From Chrysochromulina tobinii (taxonomy: Eukaryota): DNA of 47,262 nucleotides. The notes beneath the pieces are model-generated. The model saw only the letters and a program-made list of their open reading frames with translations. It made no database searches and was not told where the DNA came from. How positions within the stretch are numbered: position 1 is the first letter of the stretch; every line of letters begins with the position of its first letter. The position numbers and the translations under genes were made by a program. Location of the stretch: contig JWZX01003243.1 of the NCBI GenBank assembly GCA_001275005.1, positions 1 to 47,262 on the forward strand, in the 5' to 3' direction. Shown one piece after another: positions 20,856 to 32,821 of this stretch.

Positions 20856-23141
20856 TCACTTCTTCTTGGCGACGCACTTCGCCACCTTCTCCACCTCCTT
20901 TTGCGCCTTGCCAAGCTCTGGGTCGGCCTTGACAGCCGCGCGCACGCGCTCCAGAACGGCGTCTACGGCGTCGCGCACCGACGGCTTGAAGTCGCCCGGG
21001 TGGAGGTCGCCCGAGGCGAAGGCAGCACGCAGCTGCGCAGATCCCTCAAACGTGAGGTGGCCCCCATTCTCCTCCTTGCGCTGGACGACAAGCCTTCGCT
21101 CGCCGCTGAAGGGCAGCACCACCTCCTCGACGATCGAGAGCACCGGATTCTGCGCCACGTTGCCGGGCTCGCAAAAGGCCTTCTTCATCTTGCGCTGCAC
21201 GTCGGGCTGCGCGTCGAAGAGCAGCAGCTCACCATCCACGTCATAGTACCCGCCTGCGTCGGCCGCGCCCGCCTTGAGGCGCAGTGACACGGCCGGCACC
21301 TCGAGCACCTTGGGTGGCGCCAGCCCCGCCTCCGCCACCTCCTTGCGCTGCATGTACTCACATGCGAGCAAGTGGCTCGCCAGCTGCGAAGGCGGCGCGC
21401 AGATGGAGGTAGGTGCGCCGGGCTGGCCGGTCGCGAGAACGTCCGCCACGTGCATGAGAGCGGCCAGTACCTGGCCGGCTTCGTCGCACGCTTCGTCGAC
21501 CGCGCGCACGCGCGAGAGCTGGAAGACGCGCCCCGCGTTGATGACCGAGATCCAGTAGTCGCTCGAGTTTGCGAGCAGCGCCTCGCTCTGCAGCACCACG
21601 GTCACCTCGGCCATCAGCGATGGCGCGAGCGCACGCAAAGCCGCCACGAACAAGTCGTTGGCCGCGGCGATAGCCTTATGGTCGTCCTCGCGGGACTTGC
21701 CGCCGCTGAGACAGTTGAGGGTGAAAGCGCTCCAGTCGCAGAGCCAGAGAATCTTCTTCTCGCCTGTGGGTGCAGCAGCGAGGCAGCGCAGGGTGTCCAC
21801 GGCACTCTCAAGCGACGGGCTCGCGCTGGGCAGCGGCGCGAACACGACACTCGTCGGCGCGCCGCTGCTCAGTAAGGCGAGCCGGCGCAGCGGCGGCGCA
21901 CGCTCCGATTTCGGCTCCTGCATCCAGCCGATGATGAGCTCGAGGATGCGTTTCGCCTCGGCGCTCTCTTGAAAGTGGCTGCGCACGGGCGCAAGAAGCG
22001 TGTCGATCGCCCCGATCAGTCCCGCCTTGAGGTCGGCTTCGGACAGTGTGCCGCCGAGGAAGGCCTCACGCACGGCGGCGAACGTGGTGTACGTCTGGCC
22101 GCCGGCCGTGAAGACAGCACCGGGCAGGCAGAAGATGATGTGCTGCACGTAATCGAGGCACGGATTCTTGAGCTTGTCCTCGACGAGCTGCATGTTCTCC
22201 TCCTCGCGCTTCTCCTCGAACGTCTCCTCGGTGCGCGGGCAGAACGCGTTAGTGATCTTGCGCGCCACGTCTTCCGAGGTATCCTCCATGAAGATGGCGG
22301 ACTCCTTGTTCGACTTGGACATTTTGGCCTGGCCCTTGGAGAGGCCGTACAGCATGTGGTGCGACAGGATGATCGGTTTCAGCTTAATGCCCGCAGAGTC
22401 GCAGTACTCGCGTGCGAGCATGTTCACCTTTCGCTGATCGACTCCCAGCTGACAGATGTCCGCCTTGAGGAAGAAGATGTCGGTGCACTGCATGATCGGA
22501 TACAGGATCTGCGCCGCGGTGAGCGAGTCCTCGAGCCGCCCCATGATCTGGCAACACCGTTTGAGCCGGTCTATCTTGAAGCGCCGCGCGATGTCGAGCG
22601 CCTGCGTCCAGTAGCCACGAGCATGTTTTGTGATCTCGTCCGCGCACCACATAAACTTGACACGTGTCATGTCCATGCCCACCGCCGTCCACACGTGGAT
22701 GAGGTATTGCCCCACGATCTTGATGCGCTCGAGGTCGCCGCCCATCTTGTCGTTCATCAGAGCAAACCAGTCAGCCACCCAAAAGATGAACGTGCCACCA
22801 GCCGCAGTGCATTTGTTCACATTCATCGCCTTGAACACGCCCTGGGCGATGTGCATCCGCCCGGACGGCTCGAAGCCGTCGTATAGGATGAAGGAGGGCT
22901 TCTTGAGCAGGCTGCGCAGCTCAGGCTCTGTGACGCACTCCTCGCCGACGCTCTTCAACAGCGCTAAGCGGCGCTCCAGCTCCGGGTCGGTCGGCGCTGG
23001 CTCTTCGGCCTGTTTTGACCCCGGCGGAGCCTGCTTGGCTGCAGCGGCTGCTTGGCTGCTTGACTGCTCGGCTGAAATAAGGCTACCTGCTCTCACGTCT
23101 GAAATCAGAGAGGCGACCAGGCTGAGCGTGGCGCTCGACAT
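20856..23141 (-). CDS. YARS: Tyrosyl-tRNA synthetase, double-length pseudo-dimeric type
   Basis: YDGFEPSGRMHIAQG, YPIMQCTD, QLGVDQRK and KMSKS in the N-half; a second degenerate copy (LWLCDWSA, ALMHVADVL, KMKKAFCEPGN, LHPGDFK). Start 23141 is assumed; the ORF is open to 23219. Confidence 0.95.
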   Translation of the reverse strand: MSSATLSLVASLISDVRAGSLISAEQSSSQAAAAAKQAPPGSKQAEEPAPTDPELERRLALLKSVGEECVTEPELRSLLKKPSFILYDGFEPSGRMHIAQGVFKAMNVNKCTAAGGTFIFWVADWFALMNDKMGGDLERIKIVGQYLIHVWTAVGMDMTRVKFMWCADEITKHARGYWTQALDIARRFKIDRLKRCCQIMGRLEDSLTAAQILYPIMQCTDIFFLKADICQLGVDQRKVNMLAREYCDSAGIKLKPIILSHHMLYGLSKGQAKMSKSNKESAIFMEDTSEDVARKITNAFCPRTEETFEEKREEENMQLVEDKLKNPCLDYVQHIIFCLPGAVFTAGGQTYTTFAAVREAFLGGTLSEADLKAGLIGAIDTLLAPVRSHFQESAEAKRILELIIGWMQEPKSERAPPLRRLALLSSGAPTSVVFAPLPSASPSLESAVDTLRCLAAAPTGEKKILWLCDWSAFTLNCLSGGKSREDDHKAIAAANDLFVAALRALAPSLMAEVTVVLQSEALLANSSDYWISVINAGRVFQLSRVRAVDEACDEAGQVLAALMHVADVLATGQPGAPTSICAPPSQLASHLLACEYMQRKEVAEAGLAPPKVLEVPAVSLRLKAGAADAGGYYDVDGELLLFDAQPDVQRKMKKAFCEPGNVAQNPVLSIVEEVVLPFSGERRLVVQRKEENGGHLTFEGSAQLRAAFASGDLHPGDFKPSVRDAVDAVLERVRAAVKADPELGKAQKEVEKVAKCVAKKK

Positions 23142-23281
23142 CGGCCACGCGGACGACTTGTGCAGGATACCTGTTAGCACGAGAAAATTGAGTGTGAACA
23201 GGCCATAATTTGCGTACACGTGATATGTGAAAGATCAGTCATAAGGAAGCCTGTGAAAGGAAGCCTTGGAAGACAGATTCT

Positions 23282-24515
23282 ATGTGGTGGAGTTGTCGCG
23301 CGTTGCTCCTCGCCGCTGCCGCCGCGGAAACACTCCAGCGAGTCAGTTTAGGTACCCACGGCTCCCAGGAGTCTCAGGACTCCAGACTGCATCGTGCGGC
23401 ATCGCTGAGGTGTGAGGATCTCAGAGACGACTGCAACGAAGTGGTTGGCCCTCTCCTCGAGAATTGCGGTCAAGATCCATCAGACGTTCTGATGAAATGC
23501 ATGAAAAGTTGCGGAGCGTGTGACTACGCCACCCTGGTCGAAGAGGCCATGCAGTGCGCTGACACGAACGCAGAGTGCGCAAGCTGGGCGGCATCCGGCG
23601 AGTGCCAAACAAACCCACGATATATGCTGAGTCATTGCACGACCTCTTGCGGCACGTGCGAGTCGAAACGGGAAGGGTGCAAGCGACTAAATTCGACCGC
23701 GCCAATGGCAATACCGGGCGGGATGCACGCCATGTTCGAGCGGGCGCTCACCGCGTTTCCCGAGTACCAGCCGACCGCACTCTCGCGACCCAGCCCAGGC
23801 ACGGACGACGCCCCGTGGGTCCTGCAGTTTGAGAACTTGTTGACCGAGGACCAGGCGATGGCCATGATTGCGGCGTGCCCCCCAAAGGGCTGGTCCGCAT
23901 CTCTGGCCGGCGACCAGCTCTCTCCAGTGAGGACGTCGACGCAGTGCTGGTGCGACGAGGGCGGTGGATGCATGCGAGCGGAGGCTGTCCACGACCTGAC
24001 AATGCGGATGTTGAATGTCACCATGCTGCCCTATGAAAATGCCGAGTACTTTCAAGTGCTCAAGTATGAGGTCGGCCAGTTCTACAGGCAGCACCATGAT
24101 CAGCAGAGCGCGCACTGGACGCCGCAAGGGGTGCGGCTGTTCACGTTCTTCGTGTACCTCTCCGATGTGGAAGACGGTGGAGGCACGCGCTTCACAGACC
24201 TGGGTATCACTGTCAAACCAAAGCTTGGGCGAGGCATCCTTTGGCCGAGTGTCCAGGATGGCAACCTGCGCGACAGCGATCGGCGTACTCACCACGAAGC
24301 GCTGCCGGTCGTCAAGGGCGTCAAGTACGCGGCGAATCTGTGGCAGCATTGTAAGCCCAAACTCGACCACTCATCCAATGCCCATGTGCTGCCACTCTAC
24401 CACTCATCCAAAGCCTCCGGCCATCTCGCAACCTGCGCTCGCAGCATACGACTTCAAGACTCCCTCGCGAAGTGGCCTATGTGTCTTCCTGGGCAAGAAC
24501 TCCAACCATGCATGA
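23282..24515 (+). CDS. P4H: Secreted/ER prolyl 4-hydroxylase (2OG-Fe(II)) with N-terminal ShKT domains; exons 23282-24350 and 24445-24515
   Basis: Signal-like N-terminus; ShKT CADTNAECASWAASGECQTNPRYMLSHCTTSCGTC; RTS, EYFQVLKYEVGQFY..HHD, TFFVYLSDVEDGGGT, THHEALPVVKGVKYAANLW. GT-AG intron at 24351-24444 gives a WQHSYDFKTP end. Confidence 0.92.
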
Positions 24516-24966
24516 GGTGCGTTGGCAAGCGCGACAGCCCGAACCAGAGCTCCTTAGGGACGGGACGGGACACTGTGCTCGACACTGTGCTTGACGCACC
24601 GCTAATCGAGAGGGGCCCGCTAGGGCCCGCGGGATGGTTGGGCGGTGCGAGTTCTTGTGAGGACGGTGGACGTTGCGTCGCTGAGAGGGTCAGAAGAGCA
24701 AGAGGTCGGAAGGCCGCAGCGGGTCCCCGGGGCTGACAGAGGCCGGAGGACCGACCAGACGGTGTCGACCGGTCGGTGTGCGCGGTTCCGTATACATGTA
24801 TCACTGCGACATGTACCACTTTCAAATCATTGGGCGGATGGGCGCAAGTAACGTTGAGCACAAATTCTTTTGATGTACTATTGTATCCGGATAATCTGTT
24901 GCGTTGGTGTTTTGTGAAATGAACACGAAAACGCCTTAGCCGCTCGCTTTTCAAGTCCAACGTCTC

Positions 24967-27279
24967 ATGGTCGCCACCAACACGGCAGCCACCAACATGT
25001 TCGCCATGGACCCGTCGGCGCTTGCGGATGAGAACCACGCGCTCCAGGAAGCTCTTACCAGCCTGAAACAGCAGATACTTGACTCGCGCCGCAACCCGTC
25101 TGCACGCGGAAGCAAGCGGCGGCCGTCTTCTGGTGCTGAGCAGCTAAAAGCCATCGACCGCGCCCTCGCCAAGGCACGGCGGGAGAGCATGGAGCTGCGT
25201 GAGGCGATCGAGACGCATGCCGGAGATCTAGACGTCAATCAGCGCATGAAAAACGTCGCCATCGATGCAAAGGCACGGCTCGACAAGCAAAACGAGGAGA
25301 ATACCCTCCTGGAGCGTCAGAATACCCGACAGGCGGAGCAGCTGTCGCAGATCGGGCTGAGCGCGGCGCAGACGCAAGAACTCGAGCGGTTGCGTGAACA
25401 GAATTCCGAGATCCACGAATCCCTCCGCGCGGCGCAGCAGCGCTCCGCCGAACTCGCGCGCAAGCAGCACGCAGTCCAGCTGCAGTGGACGAAGCTGTGC
25501 ATGCGCCAGCAGAAGCTCAAGCGCGACCTGGCCGAGACTGGCGGGCCATCGGTCCCGCATGGGGTCAACAACAACGACGGCGTGGCCGGCGGGGCCGACA
25601 AGATTGAGGCGCGAATCGAGCACGCGGCCAAGGCGCTCAAGCTTGCGGTGCATGCGGGCCACGGTCAGAGCAAGCGGCACCAGCAGCGCATGCTCGCTGA
25701 GGTGGCCGAGCTCAAGAGTCTGCGCCATCAGGCGGAGGCGCTTGGTGCGCGCATCGAGGCAGAACAGCCCGATGTGGAGCGCCAGCCACTGCCCGAGGAG
25801 ACAGACATCGAGGCATTCGGCCACGTCGCGGCGTACGTGCCAAAGGAGGCTCCGCCCGAGCCGCCCGCCCCGAAACCACCTACGAGCCGAGCGCACCTCG
25901 TGCCAACGCCTCCGGCCGGTGCGCGAGTGACAAAGCCTGGCGGTCGCGGCACGGCCGCAGCAGCAGCGGCACCCGCCGTCGATCCCAAGCTAGCCGAGGA
26001 AAAACGTCAGCAGGCAGCGGCCACCAAAGTGCAGGCGTCCGTGCGGGGGCGCCAAGCAAGGGTGCTCGCGCAGCAGCGGGCAGAGGCGCGCGCTGCCGAA
26101 AAGGCGGCAGCGGAGAAAAGTGCCCTCAATCCATTCGGCTTGGGCCAGCGCGATCGCAAGCGTGGCGTCCTCGGCGGCGTCGCGATACAACTTCCGGTAG
26201 GCGGCCAGAGCGCCCAGCCGGCGCCTTACCGGCCAGTCGTGGATGCGACGGCGCTTACGGCTGCCACGCCGCTCGCCGCCACCAAGCCGCAGTTCAGCAA
26301 GCCGTTTGGAAAGCCGTCTGACTCGCGGCCCTTCCACATCGTGCCTCAGGCTGCGCCCACCCACGCGGCACCCACCGCGCAGGCGGCCTCACCTTCCGAG
26401 TCGTCAGAGGCCGCGAATGTCGCTGATCCTGCTCCGGCTGCCGTCGACGCGACGGTATCGACGAAGAAGACGGAGGCGCTGGCGGAAAGCGTCGCGCCGC
26501 AGCAGCTCAAGACGGCGCTGCCCGTCAAGACAGCGCGCACGAGCATAATCGACGATCTGGATGATCTCGACATTCCTGACGGCGTCCCAACCAAGGCCGG
26601 GGGAGGCGGCCTTGTCCCGTCCGCCGCCCCATGTCGGCCGATTGCGGCGAACACTGCGGCCACGGTCGCCAACGGCAGTTGCCTCGGTCCACTGGCTGGC
26701 GCGCGGCCTCCGCCCAAGCCCAACCTCAGCATCGGACAGGAAAATATGCCGCCACGCGGGGTCAACGCTGCCGGGCGTGGCGGCGGCATTGCTTCCACGC
26801 TGGCGGCTGCTCGGATGGAATTGGACGAGGGCGTGCCCAGGCCCATGCGCCTGGCTCAGCCGGGCCCGACGCGCGCTCTTCCGACGGATGCAACTGTGCC
26901 TCGGCCCAGCTTCCTCAATGCGAAGCCCGCGCTCAACGGCGCGCCGCCGCTTGGCGCCATCAGCCTCGGCCGTGCGCCGGATGAGTTCGACGTCGGTACG
27001 ATAACGACCCTGGACGACGGGCCCCGCAACCTCAAGGCCGCGCCCGCCGCGCGCTCGCTCAACCTCAAGGCCCCCAGCTTTGACGATGACCTTGACGACG
27101 AAGCGATGGCGGCAGAAGAACAAGCCTTCCTTGCGCGTATGAAAGCCAAGGGCACAGTCAGTGGGACGGGGCCTGTGGAACTACCGATGCCGAGCCGAGC
27201 TGCCGCCCCGATTGTAGTCCCGCTTGCAGCTGGCCGCGTGTTTGACGGCTTCGATGACTTATCGGAGGAAGAGATCTGA
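24967..27279 (+). CDS. Hypothetical coiled-coil protein with IQ motif and long disordered tail
   Basis: 770-aa ORF with biased codon use; N-terminal heptads; AATKVQASVRGRQARV. Confidence 0.8.
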   Translation: MVATNTAATNMFAMDPSALADENHALQEALTSLKQQILDSRRNPSARGSKRRPSSGAEQLKAIDRALAKARRESMELREAIETHAGDLDVNQRMKNVAIDAKARLDKQNEENTLLERQNTRQAEQLSQIGLSAAQTQELERLREQNSEIHESLRAAQQRSAELARKQHAVQLQWTKLCMRQQKLKRDLAETGGPSVPHGVNNNDGVAGGADKIEARIEHAAKALKLAVHAGHGQSKRHQQRMLAEVAELKSLRHQAEALGARIEAEQPDVERQPLPEETDIEAFGHVAAYVPKEAPPEPPAPKPPTSRAHLVPTPPAGARVTKPGGRGTAAAAAAPAVDPKLAEEKRQQAAATKVQASVRGRQARVLAQQRAEARAAEKAAAEKSALNPFGLGQRDRKRGVLGGVAIQLPVGGQSAQPAPYRPVVDATALTAATPLAATKPQFSKPFGKPSDSRPFHIVPQAAPTHAAPTAQAASPSESSEAANVADPAPAAVDATVSTKKTEALAESVAPQQLKTALPVKTARTSIIDDLDDLDIPDGVPTKAGGGGLVPSAAPCRPIAANTAATVANGSCLGPLAGARPPPKPNLSIGQENMPPRGVNAAGRGGGIASTLAAARMELDEGVPRPMRLAQPGPTRALPTDATVPRPSFLNAKPALNGAPPLGAISLGRAPDEFDVGTITTLDDGPRNLKAAPAARSLNLKAPSFDDDLDDEAMAAEEQAFLARMKAKGTVSGTGPVELPMPSRAAAPIVVPLAAGRVFDGFDDLSEEEI

Positions 27280-28015
27280 AGATGAATTGATGCACGAGGG
27301 GCAGTGGTGATTGGTGTACAACCAACGGTAGATCCACGCTTTTCCGTTCCCGCGATAGGAGGCGCTGGCAAGCGTTCGGGGGCGGGGGAGGGCGGGGCAG
27401 CGCGCAGCGCAAGCCGCAGGCCGGCGAGGGCGCAGGGCGGTCTCTTCTGACTCGCTCTTAGGAAGCCCCACGACGTTTCCGGCGGCATCAGCTTGCACGG
27501 CGTGAGATAGACAGAGAGTGACGAACAAAATAAGGTTAAAGTTACCCCGCCCGCCCCGGCGCCGCTCTCGGCCTCTTCCGGGCCCGCCGGCGCCGCTCCA
27601 GTCGCGGCGTCGGTCCACCTATCGAAATTCTAATACGCAGTTCAGCTGTCGTGTACAAGTCGTGTACCGCTGTCACGGCGCGCCGCGACGTCCCAGTTTC
27701 CGGAACGATCTCGTCCGACGCGACGCGATTCGGCATTCGCGCTTTCCGGCTTCGCGAATCTTCGAAAACAAGCATCACAAATCTCCGAACGCCAGAGCCG
27801 AAACACGTCCAAGAACACCGCCGGATCCCGCCGTCGACCTTTCATTGTCCATAGTTCTGATATCGTCCACAGCTCTGACATCGCTGAATTAATCTCAGCC
27901 TCCAGCGTCACAGGCGGCCCTAGCACCAAGGACGCCAGGAGGCTCCCGTGTAGGCCCTGTGATTGGACCAGTTGACTCGCCGCACAGAGCATAGGCACCC
28001 ACTGCCGCGTCCGTG

Positions 28016-28608
28016 TCACTTCTCTTGCAGACGAATAGAGCCGAATCGGAGCGCTCGCACTGCCACGTAGATGATGCAAAAAGGGCACCCGAGTAGCAGG
28101 CACGCAAGTGACCAGAGCACAGCAACAACTGGCCGTTCTGATGCAAATATGATGGCGCACAGTGGAATCGTTGCACCGTAATAGTCAATTATTGTCATCC
28201 ACAGCCACGCAGTCACTGGGCGCGAAATGCGTGCGCGGCGTCAGTAGAGTCGGAAGGTGCAGCTGCAAGGGTGCGGTTCAAACTGATTTACTCACGCCAC
28301 GACAGCGAATCAGTTTTGAACGGGTAGAGTGGCTGCAGGCTCATCGTCCGCCCGAGTGCAAGTGCGCATGCCACAGATAGCGCCGTGAACACGACCGGCA
28401 GGAAGAAGCGTCCTTTTTTACTGTCTCCGCTGCCCACAGTCGGTTTCTCCATTGCGAGGCTCACCACACGGGAGCGGTTACCACCGTTGGTGACCATCTC
28501 GGTGCGCGTCGGGAAGCTTGTTCGGGCGCCCCTCATCATGCTGCTCCTCAGCGGCAGCACACTTGGCGTGGCGTGCAACGTAAGGCAAGCGAGAGCTAGT
28601 GCCAACAT
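28016..28608 (-). CDS. Small multi-pass membrane protein (DUF1475-like) with possible signal plus transit peptide; exons 28608-28296 and 28215-28016
   Basis: MLALALACLTLHA followed by an S/R-rich stretch; WLWMTIIDYYG...ASE...LWSLACLLLGCP; frame-compatible GT-AG intron. Confidence 0.7.
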
Positions 28609-29348
28609 CTCAGTCGAGTAGAGCTCGTCGATCGCGACGATCGCGAGCGTGCAATACGCAAGGACGGACGGTCCCCGATGTTGTTGTGAGCCAGCTTCAT
28701 CTCGAAATCGATCTTTGTACGATCTCGGTGGATCTCCCTTCGGAAAGACGACTCCCCATCTCAGCATTTTTCTCCTAATGAAAAAACTGCCCGCGTTGTG
28801 AGGGTTGCGTGCGTGTCGTGTCAACCTTCAGTGCAAAAAGACACTTTGCATGCGTGCGCAGACTTTCTGCTTTCTCACCGCAGAGTGCCCCGGCGTGCTG
28901 ACTGCCTGACCCGTACCTCGAAACCGTGCCGACGAGCTGCATTCAAATGGCTACAGACCACGCATCTCATGCAGAACGAACATCCACGCCCGACTTGACA
29001 CTTCGAGAGCAGGTAATGTGCTCTCGTAAAGCTACCAAGACTCTGCAGGTGCCCTGCATGATTCTGGCATCGGCGCGCACGCCTGGCCTTGTTCCTTGAA
29101 GCAGGAGGCCTGCTCGCTATGCTCCTGGACGCCTGTATATGGTGCACATTCAATCAGCCCGTGCACAGTCTGTGGATATCCGCGCCGCAATCTTGTGTTC
29201 TTGCAAACAAGCTGCAGCTGGAGCACACCCACTCTTGTTCATGATCCTCTCAATTCTTTTCCTCCTTCTTTCTCTTCAATGTTCGCATACACGCCAATGC
29301 CACCGCCCGTCGGAGTCACGCGTGCGTCCGATACTCGCGTGGCAGGCT

Positions 29349-31804
29349 ATGCGTTGTCGCGGAGGTGGCGAGACTGACGATCAATCGACCTCGGACGAAC
29401 GGCCGACCAAGCTCATGAAGACGATGCAGTGTTCGACCGATCGCGTCGATGGTGCCCCTGGGAACAGTGGCAATTACAAAGGCAATGAGACGGCACTCGC
29501 CGAGCCTGCCGATGCCCCTGCCGGCGGCCACCTACCATCTGTCGCAGATTCACCGGAGCACGAAAAAGTCCATGCAGCCGACACAACGAGTAGAACCATG
29601 CAAGATCCCGAGATGGAGATCTTGAAAGAGGCCCTCAGCGCAGGCCCCCTCGACGCACATCCAGTGGCTATGGCCGAGGTCACATCGGTGTCAGCAGTGG
29701 AAGGCGCCGCTCCAAAGGCGAAGAAAATTCGTGGGCCAGGGCCAGTGCAACTACCTGAGCCGCCGCCCCCTCCGGATCATGCTGCCCTTGTTGCCGCCCA
29801 AGCGATCGGTGAGTCAGTGCACACGAGAGCGACAGCACACAACCCCGCGAGCATAGCGCAAGCATAGCGCTATAAGCATAGCGCTAAGCATAGTGCGAGC
29901 ATAGCGCGAGCACGACCTATGAGCGCGTGGACTCGAACGAGTTGCCCTGTGCCCCACATCGCGGAGACGGTTTCCAAGCTTTTGCGACGACGCTGACGAC
30001 GGCGTGTGCCTTTGACATGCTTTATACTGACTCAACACTGACAGTACCCGCCATGATTATCGAATGATTGACGCCGTGCCGCGACTCTCCCTTGTATGCG
30101 CAGCTAAAGCGCAGCAGCATCTCGCTGTCGGTCGCGCTCTCCCAAACAACTTCCTCGCCCCTCGGCCAGTGGCGCCGCCTGGCACCAAAGGGGTCGGGGG
30201 TAAGCCTGGCCGCGGTCGCGGCCGCGGCCGCGGTCGCGGTGCTGGTTCGAGCGGTGGTGACGAGGGCATGCGTGAGGATCCAGAGGCTGAAGCCGACGCC
30301 TCCTGTCGCCAAGCTGACGGGGATGAGCTTGAGGGGAGTGCAGCTGCCGCCTTAGCTGCCGCCGACGAGCAAGCCACGTCGACGCCGTCACAGCCAGGTG
30401 CGGCTGTCGAGCCATCTGAGCCCGATGGGCCGCCATTTGCTGGCCCCGTCGCCGAGACTCAGGCGCCTGCCCAGCCGCAGCCTCCCAGCGCCGTGCCAGC
30501 TGCGGAGCCTGAGCTGGCCCCCGTACGGCCTCCCCTCGAGCCCGAATGGGCGACGTTACCCAACGGGCAGAAGGTGATTGCGCAGATGGCCCGTCCGTTC
30601 CTTGCGATGCTCCCGCTCTCCGATCAGACGAACGCCAAGGACGGCCACGTGCTCATGATGCCTGTGAGGCTCTCGTACCTGACTATGGCGACGTTACTTG
30701 CCCACCCGCCCATCACCGCACCCTTCATGACGGCGGCGAACGCTCGTGAGCTGAGAGAAGCGATGGAGGCTCTTGTGCGCTCCGGTCAGCTACGTGTCTC
30801 GCACACGCCCGATGGGCCGACCGTGGGCTACCTGCCTGGCTGCGAACCTCCAAAGCTTGGGGAACGCGCGCCGCCGCCTTTGCCGCGTGATGATGACGAC
30901 CAAGTGCTTGGGTTCCAGCGCGCAGCTCGCGATGCTCTGCGGAAGCAGATCGATGATGAAACGCTGGTGCCTCAGATCGCGTCACTGATGGCCGACCTCG
31001 GTGCTAACGAACCGGTGTATCCACCACCATCGCCGCTGCCGCCGCCGCCACCGGTACGGCTTGAGAGCAAACCCCGGCAGCCGCGTGCGCCCAAGTCCAA
31101 GCTCGCCCTCCATGAGGCCATCGCCATGAATGCCGTAGCTACTGCGCAAGCCATGCCCATGGCACGGCTTCAAGCGTCACAGCACGCGGCCGCTCAAGCT
31201 GTGTACGCTCATCATATGGGGGCTGCGCGGATGGAGACGAGCATGCAGATGGCAGCTCAGGCAGAGATGGTCCGGCAGCAGGAGGAGATGATCAGGCAGC
31301 AGCAGCAGTACGCTGCCTCTGTGGGCACCGACCAGCAGCCATCAACGTTGCAACCGCAGGTGACACGCCGCCTGACATGGCAAGAGCACCTAGTCGGCTG
31401 GCAGATCCAGGCGGAGCAGTATACGTCGGGTGCGCGCACGCATACATGCACGGCGCGCTACATGTTCGCGCTCTCCCTATGCACACACGTCTCTCCGCCC
31501 GAACGCGCGAACTGTGCGCGCTCTAGTTGCGCTCATCATATGTGACGAGGACGTGTTGTGCGCTACCCCTTCTCGTCCGTTGGCTGTGCCTTGCCCACAC
31601 ATTCTCTGCGCGCCCGTAGGTGCAATCGTCGGTGGGCAGGTGCGCAACTGGGATGCGCAGCGTGGCCTCTTCGTGCTCGCGTTCGACAACGGCTCGGTCG
31701 AGCCCGCGTACCTGCCGCAGCCCTCGGTCAAGATTGTCGACGCGCGTGGTACGGTCCTCGACTGGGAGTCGTTCTTCAACTACTGCCGCTCAGTGGGCAT
31801 GTGA
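29349..31804 (+). CDS. Hypothetical Pro/Gln-rich protein with RG repeat and possible C-terminal Tudor/SH3-like barrel; exons ~29349-29808, 30104-31429, 31620-31804
   Basis: Three ORFs are joined in frame by GT-AG introns (29809-30103, 31430-31619); GRGRGRGRGRG; LVGWQIQA...GQVRNWDAQRGLFVLAFDNGSVE. The start is uncertain. Confidence 0.7.
29849..29911 (+). repeat. Intronic minisatellite, ~5 copies of AGCATAG(C/T)GC
   Basis: agcatagcgca agcatagcgctata agcatagcgcta agcatagtgcg agcatagcgcg. Confidence 0.85.
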
Positions 31805-32821
31805 GTGCAACGCCAAGTCTCAATCCGCCCAAACCTGTGCCTCTCCCAGCTATAGTGTACAGCTAGTGACCCCCCACTACCCCCACTCTCGTTACACTCT
31901 CGTGGCGGCTCCTCTTGGCGGATGACCCCCTCTTATCACGCGGCTTCCGTGTTGTCCGCTGACTGCTGCGCAAACCATCGCTCTCATCTCGGCAGTGCCC
32001 TTGACGGCGACGACGACCACGATGCAGGCCGTACGGAGATGAATACGGCTAGCGTTGAGCAGCCGATCACCTCTGCAATGGCGGGTGTCGCCGAGCACGG
32101 GCTCGGAGTGTCAATGGCAGTCGCGCAGCACCTCTCATCGTTGGTCGATGAGCTTCCTCCGCCGCCGCCGCTACCGCCATGAGACGCGAGCAGCGCGCGC
32201 ATGCAAGCATGCGGGCGGGGACGTGGTATAGGGACGTGGGGCTAACGTGGGGCGCGTGCACCATTGTGCTGGTGGCGGCCATTCAGTGGTCGTGGCCGTG
32301 TGCTGAGGATCTTCTGCCGATACCTATGATGCTGATCGTGCTCATGGGGCAGGGTGCGTGGGGGTAAACGGAGGGTGCGGCGTGACGCAGCATGGACATG
32401 GCTCGCCGCTCGCGACGCACGCCTTCCACACAACCCGCAGTCTCCGACGGTTTTGGGGGCGGTCGCGGCACACTCTCTCGACGGGTTGGGCCACTGCGAT
32501 AGTGCGGCTCTCCGTTCGTCTCACGTCTTCTCCCGCTCGCCCTCGTGGGACCGCGCGGCGGCATGAGCAGGCACCCCCAGCAGAGCGCCCACCCCGATGG
32601 CCATGCCGCGGTGAAACGTGAACACGTTAGACACGTTACCCACGTTACCGCGATAGCCACTTGTGCGTACGGGGCGCGAGTGAACGGACCCAATCGTTCG
32701 ATCTTGCTTCTTTTGGTACTCTACTCGTTAGGTACGGTCCAATGACAAACTTTTCTACGTGCTGGGACCATTCAATTCATATCCGGGTGGGCTCAACCTC
32801 CGATGGCGTCGACGCCCAACG

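Noticed and set aside
24516..24736. Unspliced C-terminal tail of the P4H ORF
   Set aside because: A GT-AG intron at 24351-24444 gives a more typical ending with a stop at 24515.
31922..32621. Short ORFs 31922-32182, 32179-32367 and 32358-32621
   Set aside because: No recognisable motif or consistent splice model; they could be UTR or small genes, so they were not called.
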